A stretch of 62,158 nucleotides of DNA, counting the filler, from Chiloscyllium plagiosum (lineage: Eukaryota), in NCBI RefSeq assembly GCF_004010195.1. It is 3 parts of one record of this genome, joined end to end, with 100 filler letters (N's around TTAATTAATTAA, not from the genome) between each part and the next. Parts side by side here need not be neighbours in the genome. Positions count along the whole stretch, not along the records: positions 29,794 to 50,037 come from NC_057710.1; positions 50,138 to 62,158 come from NC_057710.1; 1 more part is not named here. One strand, written 5' to 3'. Every line of letters starts with the position of its first letter. The first letter of the stretch is position 1. Under the pieces are notes generated by a model, which saw only the letters and a program-made list of their open reading frames with translations, did no database searches and was not told where the DNA came from. The translations under genes were made by a program, and so were the position numbers. This document shows, one piece after another, positions 37,593-51,158 of the stretch.

Positions 37593-37941
37593 TCCTCAGG
37601 CACTGGCATCTGAAGACTGCTAGCCACTAGGTAGCCTCATGGCACGTCTCGCTATACATGCAGCACATTTCTTCATTTCAGTGCAGCAACAGCTCAGGGA
37701 GCCATGGCAACTCTCAGTGTAAAACTGCAGAATGGACACTTCTCAGTGGCATGCAGCCAGCTCATGGACTGGACCAAGCAGTACCTCCCAGCTGTGCACT
37801 TGCTCTCTCAGCACCCACTCACTTTGACTCTACCTGGATACTTGCAGCATTTCTGTATTGCCTTACCATTTTCTCTCTCAGCCAGAGATATTGGGCTGAC
37901 AGCATTTCTGTTTTGCCTTGCAATTTAATGCAGACACAAAG

Positions 37942-38143
37942 GAGAAAGTGAGGGCTGCAGATGCTGGAGATCAGAGCTGAAAATGTGTTGCTGGAAAAGC
38001 GCAGCAGGTCAGGCAGCACCCAAGGAGCAGGAGAATCGAAGTTTCGGACATTCCTGAAGAAGGGCTCATGCCCGAAATGTCGATTCTCTTGCTCCTTGGA
38101 TGCTGCCTGACCTGCTGTGCTTTTCCAGCAACACATTTTCAGC
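37942..38143. mobile_element. Palindromic PLE family-A element with 15-bp TSD
   Basis: aatgcagacacaaag at 37927-37941 and 38144-38158. Core attcCTGAAGAagggctcatgcccGAAAtGTC. Confidence 0.9.
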
Positions 38144-39267
38144 AATGCAGACACAAAGCCAGGAAGATTGTCATGGTTGTTAGTAGCCTTCAGTCAAGTC
38201 AAGGAGATAGCCTTTGCTAAGGGAGTCCCAATACAAAAAAACCAAGGTCCATCTCCAATACCTATTGAGGAAGTTTCAACATAATGAAAATTCTGGGCTA
38301 TCAAAGTCAAGATCCTCTTCACAAGAGGAGTGAAGAGCCAAATGTAGGCAGCATACCACCTATTTAACTCTGTCTGCCCTATTTTGCTCTGTGTTTCTCA
38401 TGGAATGAGAGAGAGCTGAAGGCATCTTTACAGATGTAAGTGGATGGTTCAGTTGTTACTTTTGGTGCAAGTGGGTGGCAGTGAGTGAAGGAAGGCAACA
38501 GTGAGAGTGATAATGATTTTTAGGGAGAAGTGGGCAAAGTAGCAGAGATAGAGTGAGTGTGAGGAATCAGAATGAAAATGATGTTACCGATGCTGGCACA
38601 AGGAACAGAGGTTCTTGACTCTCTTTCTTGAGTGCTGTTCATTCCTCCAGATGATGAGACTGCCTTAATCCCGTCCACCAGGATACCTGGGTCTCTGCCT
38701 GCAAAGTGGGTCACCAAGTTAACCTCCTCTGTCACTAAAGTCAGGAAAAGTACAGGGCTGCTCCAGACTAACACTGTTTAACTGGCTACACAACGGCCTT
38801 TTAAAGACTGAGCCAGTGCTAGTAATGTTGGTCCATTTCATGATATCCTGGCAGTAAAGATTTTAAACTGGGGTTTTCATTTGTCCCATTGCAAATTGTA
38901 AATAGTTTGGTGTCAGTGGTGTTGCACTAAGCCTTTCGTCCAGTTTGAACAAAATAAGTGAACGTTGGTGTTTGCCGTTGGGACAGAGACCAGGGACTGA
39001 CTGGTCAGCTGCATGAAGAGCTAGCATTGACTGGATGGGCTGTATGGCCCTCTTCCATGACTCTATGGCTCCTTTAAGGCACTGGCACAGACTTTAAATC
39101 TTGCAGCTATTTCAGAGCTCCTATCTCAGCTCGCTGTGCTTCAGGTGGCAAAGATGGTCCACGCAGATATCCAGACGGGAAAATTACAATGAGATCGATC
39201 CTAGAAATTCCAATGGGATCAGCATTCGATTCATATGCTGAGGGAAGAACATCTAATTAGACCGCAT

Positions 39268-39551
39268 TTAGATTAGATTACTGACAGTGTGGAAACAGGC
39301 CCTTCGGCCCAACAAGTCCACACTGACTCTCCGTAGAGCAACCCACTCAGTCCCCTACATTTACCCCTAACTAATGCACCTAGAACTAGCATGGCCAATT
39401 CACCCAACCTGCACATGTTTGGACTGAGGAAGGAAACCAGAGCACCCAGAGAAAACCCACGCGCACACGGGGAGAATGTGCAAACTCCACACAGACAATT
39501 GCCCGAGGTGGGAATTAAACCCGGGTCCCTGACGCTGTGAGGCAGCAGTGC
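39268..39551 (-). mobile_element. HE1-type V-SINE
   Basis: Reverse-complement V-domain and ttagattagatta tail. Confidence 0.9.
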
Positions 39552-42500
39552 TTATTCTGTCTGATATTGAATTAAGTCATTGCATTTGAATGAAACAGTT
39601 TGACAGCTCAATGTGAACACGAAATGCTAAGTATTTTTCTTGGTTCTGCAAACAGACAGTCAACAGTGTCTTAGGAGTGAACAATGTCAGCTAAAACCTC
39701 TCCAATACTGACTTCAGGCAGCAAGATTTTACCTGTGCTGATTGCTTTTCCTTCCCAATATTTGAAATTTCTTGTGAGTTCATCTTTATTGACTCCTAGG
39801 CAGCAAAAACTCCCACCAGATACTCGCTACTCGCTTTACATTCAGAACATGTATACTGAAGAAATTCAGCAGAAAGGTACCTACTGTTGTTTAATATGGA
39901 TGAGCAGATGACTTCACTTCGAAACCAAATCAAATCTGGAAATTAATATTCCATCTCTTAACTTACAGCAAAAAGAAACATGGATGTGTTCCTACTTTCC
40001 AATTGAAGACTGAGGAGACAATTCAAAACCCAAACGTCAAACCGAGGATAGCTTAAGGTTTGATTCTGGAAATGAACTTTGATTTCAATGATCTGGAGGC
40101 TGTTGTAATTCTAAGGAGAAAATGAGAAGTAAAAAAATTTGTGAAGTAAGGAATACGTTCCTGAAACATCAAATCGATCAATGCAGCAAAACCTCATTTG
40201 CTGCCTCTGGGCTACCTACAGAATAAGTTATTTGATCACCAGAAACATTGATTGCTGTTTTGATTTCTTGTTTCAGATCAGAGCACTGCATCTGAGTTAG
40301 AAGAAAATGAAGAACTTTAATTTTGTGTATTCTGCTGCACAAAGATCAGTGCTGAAATCTCAAAATTTTACTGTTTATGTAAATGACTTTAATGAAGAGA
40401 CCAAAAGGATTGCAAAATTTATTGATGCCACAAAGATGGACAGGAAAATAAGTAGAGAAAGGGAGTAGGAGGGGGGTGGAGAGTGGNNNNNNNNNNNNNN
40501 NNNNNNNNNNNNNNNNNNNNNNNNNNNNNNNNNNNNNNNNNNNNNNNNNNNNNNNNNNNNNNNNNNNNNNNNNNNNNNNNNNNNNNNNNNNNNNNNNNNN
40601 NNNNNNNNNNNNNNNNNNNNNNNNNNNNNNNNNNNNNNNNNNNNNNNNNNNNNNNNNNNNNNNNNNNNNNNNNNNNNNNNNNNNNNNNNNNNNNNNNNNN
40701 NNNNNNNNNNNNNNNNNNNNNNNNNNNNNNNNNNNNNNNNNNNNNNNNNNNNNNNNNNNNNNNNNNNNNNNNNNNNNNNNNNNNNNNNNNNNNNNNNNNN
40801 NNNNNNNNNNNNNNNNNNNNNNNNNNNNNNNNNNNNNNNNNNNNNNNNNNNNNNNNNNNNNNNNNNNNNNNNNNNNNNNNNNNNNNNNNNNNNNNNNNNN
40901 NNNNNNNNNNNNNNNNNNNNNNNNNNNNNNNNNNNNNNNNNNNNNNNNNNNNNNNNNNNNNNNNNNNNNNNNNNNNNNNNNNNNNNNNNNNNNNNNNNNN
41001 NNNNNNNNNNNNNNNNNNNNNNNNNNNNNNNNNNNNNNNNNNNNNNNNNNNNNNNNNNNNNNNNNNNNNNNNNNNNNNNNNNNNNNNNNNNNNNNNNNNN
41101 NNNNNNNNNNNNNNNNNNNNNNNNNNNNNNNNNNNNNNNNNNNNNNNNNNNNNNNNNNNNNNNNNNNNNNNNNNNNNNNNNNNNNNNNNNNNNNNNNNNN
41201 NNNNNNNNNNNNNNNNNNNNNNNNNNNNNNNNNNNNNNNNNNNNNNNNNNNNNNNNNNNNNNNNNNNNNNNNNNNNNNNGGGTGGTGGGGGAGGGAGTGG
41301 GAGGGAGAGGGAGTGTGGTGGGGAGAGGGAGGGGGAGGGAGGGGGAGAGTGGGAAGGGGATACTGACTGGAAAAGTACATATGCAAGAGGGAGACAGCAA
41401 GCGATAATATCATAAAGAGAACGGAGAAATTCTCTCTTGGTTGCTAGGGATCAATTTTGGCAAAATTCAGAGTTTTTGAAATGGTCACAACCAGCAGAAC
41501 AGCCCCTGAACTCCTCTCCCCAAGCTGTTCTTACAATGAACCCCAACTCTCACAACACCCCTCAAAGTGAACGTTCATTGAATTTGCAACTTGCCCTCCA
41601 GATGGATCTCCCCTTAAAGTTATATCCAGGTGGCTCAGGGCTGAAATGCAGATGTCATTTCCTCCCTCTGAGATGAATAAACATTTCATTTCTCTCATCC
41701 TTCTCACGACTGCTGTAACCTGATGTAGTCTGAAGACCGGTAACCTTAACACTCTTTATCTGGCTCCAAATACTAAAATTTGATGTTGCCATCCAATCTT
41801 ACTCAGAATAAATAAATCTTAAATTGTCTGCATCCCTGAAGATCAGACACTGTAGAAAGTATGTACTTTATCTCTGATTGTTAACTCTGTACAACCTTGT
41901 GATAGGGTGTTACTTTATGTATAGATCCAAAACTAGAACTTGTGGTTTCAGAGCAGAAGATGATTTCTATATTGAGGGCAGCATAGTAAACAGGCATTGT
42001 AGTCATTGATATCCTACTGCCATCTACAATATCAGGCAGTACTGAAGACAAAGGATGTTTCCACTTGCACTGGTTACAAGTTTGAATTAAAGATTCATAA
42101 GATTTCACAGGAGGAAGAAACTCTTTGTGGAGCATAGCATGGGCTAGAGTCAATGCCTTACAAGTATGCATTAGACAATATTATTTTGTGGATTAAAACA
42201 TGTGCGCGTGTGTAGAAATATGTAAGACTCATAACTGTAACATGAATGCATTTCTCAAATTATCAATGACATTTTGATCATTCTTAAAATTGTTTTAGTC
42301 TGGATTAAATGCCAGGAACTTCCCTGTTATGGTCCACTTTGTTATACATGACCAAACCTTTGTGTAGTCAGCTTCCACTGCTGGTTCTCATAATTATGTT
42401 TCCTTCTTTACATCAAATAAAGGAAGCTTGTCAAACAGTACCAGATGAATCAGCCTCTGCTCTTCCTTTCTAATGACAATTGAAAGTTACTAAAGAACCA

Positions 42501-43455
42501 CATCTTTTATTTTATTTTAACTCCTACTCAGCTAATAATATGTTTCCCTGTCTGATTACAAAGTACAAGATAACATTTTCAAGTACAGCTTAATTATTTT
42601 ATAGATTGTAATGATAGTAGGCACTGTTTACTTTTTTTTTGCTATACTCCATTTGAGCAAACCCCAGTATCATGTAAATAATGACATTGTGGATAATTTT
42701 CGCACGCATAATCCAATATTGTCCCAGATTCATTATTTAGCCAGGAAGTAAGAAGTATTTGTTGGTGAGGCCTATGTGCAGTTCTGGTCGCCCTGTTATA
42801 GGAAAGGTATTATTAAGTGGAGAGGGTACTATTTCTTGCCCTCCTCTTAATGATTTCAATGTTCTTGCGTTTGCTGTGAACATGATGGGTCTGGCCATCT
42901 GCACCATGTCCTGGACAGTGGGGGAGAGCAAGTGTTTCTTTTAATCATTCTGGAGGTTTTAAAACAGGACTTCCCCTTACTAACACATGCAACGGAGCAA
43001 GGATACTCTGAGTTACTGTAGTGGAAAGGTTGTCACTTGGCTTCAGCCTAAGATGCTCAGAAACTTGACTGAGATTTTGCAGATAGAGAGCGTGAGAGAG
43101 AGAGAGAGAAAGAGCACAAGAACTAAATTGCTTTCGTCAAAAGATTCTCCGAAGCTTTGGTGGAAGTTAGGATGACCAGCTGTCCCATATGTTAAGGGAT
43201 TGTCCTTCATTTTGAGTGTTTGTCAGGTGTCTCTTATGCCATGTTATTTGCTCCTTAGTTCTAGCCTCTGTTGGAAATTGGAACCTGGGAGTCTCTTCAG
43301 TGATGTGTGTGTGACTGCAGTTCCGTGAGTTGGTTAGTAAAGAGGTCTCAGTGATTTGACCCATAGTGATCAGCCACGATCCATCTTCAGCAAGTGTTTC
43401 ATCCAGTTCATCCTGATACAGCCCAATCTCCTGATCCCATGGTTGAACTGCCTCT

Positions 43456-45320
43456 TAGAGTCATAGAGATGTACAGCGCGGAAACCGACCCTTCAGTCCA
43501 ACTCATCCATGAGAATCAGATATCCTAAATTAATCTAATCCCATTTGCCAGCATTTGGCCCATATCCATCTAAACCCTTCCTATTCATATACCCATCCAG
43601 ATGTCTTTTAAATTTTGTAATTGTACCCACCTCCACTATTTCCTCTGGCAGCCCATTCCATACACACACCCCCTTTTGTGAGAAAAGTTGTCCCTCAGGT
43701 CCCGTCTGAATCATTCCCCTCTCCCTTTCAACCTATGTTTCTAGTTCTGGACTCCTCCCAACCCATGGAAAAGACCCAGCCTATTCAGCCTCTCCCTGAA
43801 CCTCAAATCCTCCAACCCTGTAAATACTTTCTGAGCCCTTTCAAGCATCACAGGATCCTTTCAATAGGAGGGAGACCGGAATTGCATGTACTGTTACAAA
43901 AGTGGTCTAACCAATATCTTGCGCAGTCGTAACATGACGTCACAACTCAAAGAACCGTACAGCACAGAAACAGACCCTTTGGTCCAGCCAGTCCATGCTG
44001 ACCATGTTCTCAAACTAAACTTGTCACACCTGCCTGCCCTGGCCCATATATCTCCAAACCTTTCCTATTCATGAATTTATCCAAATGTTTCTTAGACATT
44101 GTAACTGTACCTGCATCCATCACTTTCTCTGGCAGTTAAGTTCACACACAAACCACCCTCTGCATAAAAAAGAAATTGTCCCACATGTCCTTTTTAAGAC
44201 TTTCTCCTCTCACCTTAAAAATATGTCCCTACTTTTGAACTCTCCCACCCTTGGGGAAAGACCCTTATCATTCATCTTATACGTACCCCTCATGATTTTA
44301 TAAACCTCAATAAGGTCACCCCACAACTTCCTATGCCTCAGTGAAAAAGGTCCCAGCCTTTCCAGTCTGCTTTAACATTTCAAACCCTCCGATTTCGCCA
44401 ACATCCTAGTAAATCCTTTCTGAATCCTCTCCACTTAATAATACCTTTCCGAAAACAGGGCGACCAGAACTGCACACAGTGTTCCAGAAGAGGCCTCACC
44501 AACAACCTGTACAACTCAACATGATGTCCCAAATCTTCGACTCGATGGTCTGAGCAATGAAGACAAACGTGCTAACTGCCGTCTTAACCACCCTGTCTAT
44601 CTGTGACACAAACTTCAAAGAATTACGTACCTGAACCCCCTAGGCCTCTCTGTCCTACAACACTACCCAGGGCTTACTATTAATTGTAAGTCCTGCCCTT
44701 GTTTGTTTTACCAAAAAGCAATACCTCATATTCATCCAAATTAAACTCAATCCACTCCTTAGTCCATTGACCTAATTGATCAAGATCCCTTTGCAATCTT
44801 AGATAACCTTCTTCACTGTTCACTATACTATCAATTTTAGTGTCATTTGCAAACTCAATAAACATTCCCACCAATATTCTCATCCAAATCATATATATAA
44901 ATAACAAACAAAAAAGGACCCAGAACCGATCCCTATGGAACACCACTGGTCACAGGCCTCCAGTCCAAAAAAACAGCTCTCCACCAACACCCTCTGTCTC
45001 CTGACAAAAAGCCAATTTTGTATCCAGTTGGCAAGCTCAACCTGAATCCCCTGCAATCAAACTTTACTAATTAGTCTATTATGCAGAACCTTGTCAAAGG
45101 CTTTACTAAAGTCCAAATAAACAACATCTAACACTCTGCGCTCAACAATCGTTTTGGTTACTTCATTAAAATATTTGTTTGAGAGACATGATTTTCCTTG
45201 CACAAAACCATGCTGACGATACATAATCAATCCATTCCCCTCCAAAAGCATGTAAATCCTATCTTTCAGTATCACCTCTAACAATTTACCCACCACCAAT
45301 GTCAGACTCATAGGTCTATG
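43456..45320 (-). mobile_element. Two adjacent CR1 elements (43456-43950 internally deleted; 43955-45320 RT to 3' end)
   Basis: YLDFSKAFDKVLH, QHGFVQGKSCLSN and FANDTKI motifs; two separate 3' ends. Confidence 0.9.
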
Positions 45321-46309
45321 TTTTATGTCATAAGAATTGTCTACACTGGAGTTAATATTTGCAGTGAAATTGGAAAGGAACAGAAAGCTCTATTAGATCC
45401 AATGACTTACCTGAGTGTTACTATTGATACAAGGAGCCAGATTGTCTGCTCAACAACCTGTCAATTGTCACTTGGGGATGCCAAATAATTGCCCGCAGCT
45501 CACTTGTTTAATGTTAATGAAGCCCAAGGCCCAGTATTATGTGCACCTCAGGCCAACTGAGAAGTGCAAGGCTATTCCCTCAGTAACTTTATTGGGAGAG
45601 ATTTCAACACAATAATGGCTTACCATGTATGCCAGACACCTGGCTGATAAAAAGATTCCAAGGAATGTGATTCAAAGACAGCGGCAGTAATTCAAAACTG
45701 GTTCTACTGACCAAAGGAAATGGCATTGACTTGTAAATTTATCAAAATGCCATTGTTACGCTGGTGAAAAAATATTCTGAACATATATTAAAGGGCCTAA
45801 AGATCCACATGGGACTGCCTGCTCTGCCATGAAATTGGACATTGAGCAGAAACAATGGCTAGAAATATTTGAGGTGGAAGAGGCCCTGGTTGCAATCAGG
45901 CAGTGACTGCCCCAGTTCAGTGTACACCACACCCTGGGATTTGCTGGTGGGTCAGGCCCCAGGAGCTGCCAATCCAATCACCACTACTATGGAGGCCCAT
46001 GGATGGGCTGCACCTAGAGGAAGGTGCTCTCTCATGGTAATGTGAGTGAAGTCTGGGGACTGCTGGGGTCAGTCACACAGAATCTGGCAAAGATCGCGGG
46101 GTGGTTGGTAATGACAAACTGCTATGATGCTACAGGGGCAACCATGGCTGCTAGGGGATCACCTCTGTAGGTCAAAGATCATTCAAGAAGAAAGGCCCTT
46201 CTGTTCACAAAGTTTGCAAGGAGGCCACGAAAGTTGATGTGGCAGCATCCCCATGTGATGGAGAGCACCCCCCACCACACCCCCCTCCTCCCCACATCCA
46301 CCACCACCA

Positions 46310-46610
46310 GGTGGCTCAGTGGTTAGCACTGCTGCCTCACAGCACCAAAGTCCCAGGTTCGATTCCAGCCTCAGGTGACTGTCTGTGTGGAGTTTGCACA
46401 TTCTCCCCATGTCTGCGTGGGTTTCCTCTGGGTGCTCTGGTTTCCTCCCACAATCTAAAGATGTGCAGGTCAGGTGAATTGGTCATGTTAAATTGTCCAC
46501 TAGTGTTAGCGTTAGGAGGGAAATGGTTCTGGGTGGGTTATTCTTCGGAGGGTCGGTGTGGATTGGTTGGGCCGAAGGGCCTGTTTCCACACTGTAAGGA
46601 ATCTAAAAAA
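46310..46610 (+). mobile_element. HE1-type V-SINE
   Basis: Full head, V-domain and tail. Confidence 0.92.
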
Positions 46611-47924
46611 AAATCTAAAAAAAAACAGTACTAGTGGCAAAATGTCAGCAAAAATGGGAAAGAGGCCTAATTCAATTGTAGGTCTGTTACTCCTGAAGTG
46701 GCATCCACTTGAGACAGTGTCAGGTGCGCCACTCAACATTTCCCCTTGCCAATTTTGCTGCCACCCTATCTCCCTGCCCTATCCCCAAAGTCCCTGTAAG
46801 ATTTGGACACATGTCTAAACATGTTCACAAGATCTCCTCTAAATTGTTGTTGAAGTAAGGATATTCAACCCAAAAAAGCCTGTGGGTGTTTGTAAATTTA
46901 AAACTTCAACACAATGTAGGTTCTTCAATGTTGTCAAAAACAAACACTCACTTTATTTAAATGTCCACCAGTGTGGGATTCATATTGGTTGGCACTGATT
47001 TTCAAGTGAAAAAAAAAAGTAAAGATTAGGATAGACATTATAAATAATCAATAATTTCAGCATTTGTTTTACAAAAGTCTTTCCTAATATTTCTATCATT
47101 CTTAGAACTATGTGTAATGTCATTAATTTATAATTAATTTTAATTACTCATTCAGTGAGTGTGAGTATGACTTGAAAATTGTCTTAAATCCAGTAAAATG
47201 TTGGATGCCCTTTGGTCCAGCTCAGGAACTTTATCCTTGAACAATAAGTGCAATAAGCTTTAGGGTGTGAATCATTGCTGAGTAACACACTATTAGATGG
47301 AACTATGAGAGCACTACAGGGGACATTTTCTCAAAGGAAGTGCAGCATAAGCAGATAGAACTGGCTCTTCAGATCTGAAAAGAGCTGAGACATCAGTTAG
47401 TCAGCTGGATACCTTTGCTGACAGGAACTAGGACTCATTCAGACTAATGACTTTTTGACAACAAGAGACAGATAACCACAATTCCTGCGCACATCAGGTT
47501 GTTGCTGCAATGTTAGGAAAATATATTATGAAAGCGTGATACAACAATAAGGATCTGATCAATAACAATGCCTTGTCACCCAAGGCAAATGACAGTAAAT
47601 CCATTGCTCATCATAATGTTAGTGTCATGTTGCCAAAATATATTCTAAACATGCTTTAATAACAATTTGGCTTAAAATATGCATGACTTATTGCAGGGGA
47701 CAATTTAAAAAAATGAAAAATGAATGCATTGTAATTCTGTGAGGTAAATTACTTGCTTAATCATTTTCTTTCCCCCATTTACATAGAGATGCAACTTCAG
47801 CCAATTCACCTCCTGCCCTCTCCATCACTACCCACCTCCTACAACATTTCTCTGTATTTTCAGGATGTTGGTGCAGGAATTCCTCGATGACACAGAGCAT
47901 CAATGATTTTCCCTCCATTTAGCT

Positions 47925-49404
47925 TAATGTTACAGGGTATAGATGCTATAGGAAGGATCAAAAAAGGAGCAAGAGAGGAAGGGAAAGTGGCATTTTTTGA
48001 TAAGGGATAACTTTATGGCTGTATTTAGGGAGGATATTTCTGGGAATACATCTAGGGAAGCTATTTGGGTGAAGCTGAGAAATAAGACAGGATGATCACT
48101 TTATTGGGATTGTACTGTAGACTCCCAAATAGTCAGAGAAACAAATTTGTAAGGAGATCTCAGTTATCCATAAGAATAATAGGGTGGTCATAGTAAGAGA
48201 TTTTAACTTTCCAAACATAGACTGGGACTGCCATGGTGTTAAGGGTTTGGATGAAGAGGAATTTGTTAGGTGTGTACAAGAAAATTTTCTGATTCAGTAT
48301 GTGGATGTACCTATTAGAGAAGGTGCAAAACTTGACCTACTCTTGGGAAATAAGGCAGGGCAGGTGACTGAGGTGTCATAGGGGGTGCACTTTGGGGCCA
48401 GCGACCATAATTCTATTAGTTTTAAAATAGCGATGGAAAAGGATAGACTGGATCTAAAAGTTGAAGTTTTAAATTGGAGAAAGGCTAATTTTGATGGTAT
48501 GAGGCAAGAACTTTCAAAAAGTGATTGGGGGCAGATGTTTGCAGTTAAAGGGACGGCTGGAAAATGGGAAGCCTTCAGAAATGAGATAACGAGAATCCAG
48601 AGACAATATATTCCTAGTAGGGTGATGGGTAAGGCTGTAGGTGTGGGGAATACTGGGATGACTAGAGAAATTGCAGTTTTAGGTAAAGAATAAGAAGGAA
48701 GCATATGTCAAGTACAGACCGCAGAAATCGAGTGATTCCCTAGAAAAGTATAAGGACAGTAGGAGTATACTTAACAGGAAAATCGGGCTGGCAAAAAGGG
48801 GACATGAAATAGTTTTGGCAAATAAGGTTAAGGAGAATACGAAGTATTTTTACAAATACATTAAGGACCAAAAGGCGAGAATGGGGCCCTTTAAAGATGA
48901 GCAACGCAACCTATTAGTGGAACCACAGGAGATGAGGGAGATTCTAAATGAGTATTTTGCATCAGTGTTTACTGTGGAAAAGGATATGGAAGATAGAGAA
49001 TGTGAGGAAATAAATCTTGAAAAACGGCCTTATTACAGAGGAGGGACTGCTGAACATCTTAAAATGCATAAAGGTGGATAAATCCCCAGGACCTGATCAG
49101 GTGTACCCTAGAACTCTGTGGGAAGCCAGGGAAGAGATTGCTGGGCCCTGTGCAAAGACATTTGTATCATTGATAGCCATAGGTGAAGTACTGGAAGACT
49201 GGAAGTGGGCTAACAGTTAGCTAACTGTTTAAGAAAGGTGGTAAGGAAATGCCAGGGAACTATAGACCAGTGAGCCTGACATCGGTGGTGGGCATGTTGT
49301 TGTGGGAATTCTGAGGGACAGGATTTGCATGTATTTGGAAAGGCAAGGACAGATTAAGGATAGACAACATATCTTTGTGGGTTGGAAATCATCTCTCACT
49401 AACT
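47925..49404 (+). mobile_element. CR1 ORF2 endonuclease-to-RT fragment
   Basis: RDFNFPNIDW, LDLLL, GASDHNSISF (APE endonuclease); KSPGPD; NYRPVSLTS. Confidence 0.93.
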
Positions 49405-50037
49405 TAGAGTCATAGAGTCATAGAGATGTACAGCATGGAAACAGACCCTTTGGTCCAACCCGTCCATGCCGACCAGATATCCCAACCCAATCTAGTCCCA
49501 CCTGCCAGCACCTGGCCCATATCCCTCCAAACCCTTCCTATTCATATACGCATCCAAATGCCTCCTAAATGCTGCAATTATACCAGCCTTCGCCACTTCC
49601 TCTGGCAGCGCATTCCATACACTCTCTGTGTGAAAAAGTTACCCCTTAGGTCTCTTTTATATCTTTTCCCTCTCACCCTAAACCTATGCCCTCTAGTTCC
49701 AGACTCCCCAACTCCAGGGAAAAGACTTTGCCTATTTACCCTATCCATGCCCCTCATGATTTTGTAAATCTCTATAAGGTCACCCCTTAGCCTCCGACGC
49801 TTCAGGGAAAATAGCCCCAGCCTATTCAGCTTTTCCCTATAGCTCAAATCCTCCAACCCTGGCAACGTCCTTGTAAATCTTTTCAGAACCCTTTCAAGTT
49901 TCACAACATCTTTCCAATAGGAAGGAGACCAAAGTTGCACGCAATATTCCAACAGTGGCCTAACCAATGTCCTGTATAGCCGCAACATGTCCTCCCACCT
50001 CCTGTACTCAATACTCTGACCAATAAAGGAAAGCATA
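49405..50037 (-). mobile_element. Young CR1/HER1 3' end inserted antisense against the previous CR1
   Basis: ORF 49578-50036 and (agagtcat)n tail at 49405. Confidence 0.93.
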
Positions 50038-50137
50038 NNNNNNNNNNNNNNNNNNNNNNNNNNNNNNNNNNNNNNNNNNNNTTAATTAATTAANNNNNNN
50101 NNNNNNNNNNNNNNNNNNNNNNNNNNNNNNNNNNNNN

Positions 50138-50566
50138 CACAAAACACTACATAGGACAAACAGGAAGACAGCTAACGATCCGCATCCATGAACACCAACT
50201 AGTCACGAAACGGCACGACTAGCTATCCTTAGTAGCCACACACGCAGATGACAAGCAACATGAGTTCGACTGGGACAACACTACTAGTATAGGACAAGCC
50301 AAACAGAGAACTGTCGGGAATTCCTAGAGGCATGGCATTCATCCACAGATTCAATCAATAAGCACATCGACCTGGACCCAATATATCGGCCACTGCAGCG
50401 GACAGCTGGAACTGACAACCGGAAACTGCAGATACAATCACTATAAATGCCGGAGGAAACATCACAGAAGCGCTTCACAGGAGGCTATCAAGCACCGAGG
50501 ATGTCACCTAGACAGGGGACGAAATGTCTGCAACACAAATTCCCAGCTCGGCGAACAGAACCACAG
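50138..50566 (+). mobile_element. Penelope/Poseidon-type PLE 3' end (GIY-YIG plus family-C pLTR with mutated hammerhead)
   Basis: HYIGQTGRQLTIRIHEH...HEFDWDNT, with one stop and a frameshift. pLTR core reads CCGAGGA...GAAATGTC. Confidence 0.88.
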
Positions 50567-50942
50567 TAATACTATCCCCAATTGCCCTTGCTAGCTGTGG
50601 ATGGGCCACCTTTCAGTTTTATTTTCCTGCTTGACAGGAATGAACAATCGATGCAGTTCCCCTCTGCACACCAAGTGTTTGCTATTACCTATTCAACATT
50701 ATCACTTCAGAAAACATTCCCCATTTTATCATACTCAGCTCGCACCTCATACCATTATAGTTTCCTCTATTTAGATTTAGGAACCTAACCTCAGTATTAA
50801 TTATACTACTCTCCATCTTAATGAAGAATGGTCTCTCATACTGTGGTCACTCTGCCCTAAGGGGTTGCACACAGCTTGCCAAACATTCCTTTCTCATTAC
50901 ATAATACCCAGTCTGGAATTGCTTCTTGGAGGTATCAGATAC

Positions 50943-50990
50943 CTCCCCATGCCGTAAAGTGATTTGTTTGGTGCTCATCGGCAAAGCTTT
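50943..50990 (-). CDS. Candidate small exon following exon E (48 nt, phase 0 to 0): KALPMSTKQITLRHGE
   Basis: Strong acceptor tttttttcttttAG ends a 168-nt intron after exon E. Frame is open and compatible; the donor GAG|GTATCT is weak. No homology recognised. Confidence 0.4.
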
Positions 50991-51158
50991 CTAAAAGAAA
51001 AAAACATCCATTTGGGTTAATACAAAATAATTACTTACTAAATTTGTGACAATTTGTAAGAAAAACATGTAATAGCAATTCCATAATCTGATTTTTAAAA
51101 ATATAAAAACTAATAATAAAACTGATAAGGCATTTTAAAACTCTCAGATATTACTTAC

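Noticed and set aside
36797..37630. Long ORFs spanning N runs (also 40346-41415)
   Set aside because: Artefacts of gaps plus CA or G-rich repeats.
38520..38774. Possible Harbinger Myb-like remnant (similar impression at ~10960-11520 and ~45880-46300)
   Set aside because: Only a vague resemblance; no diagnostic motif or TIRs that I can point to.
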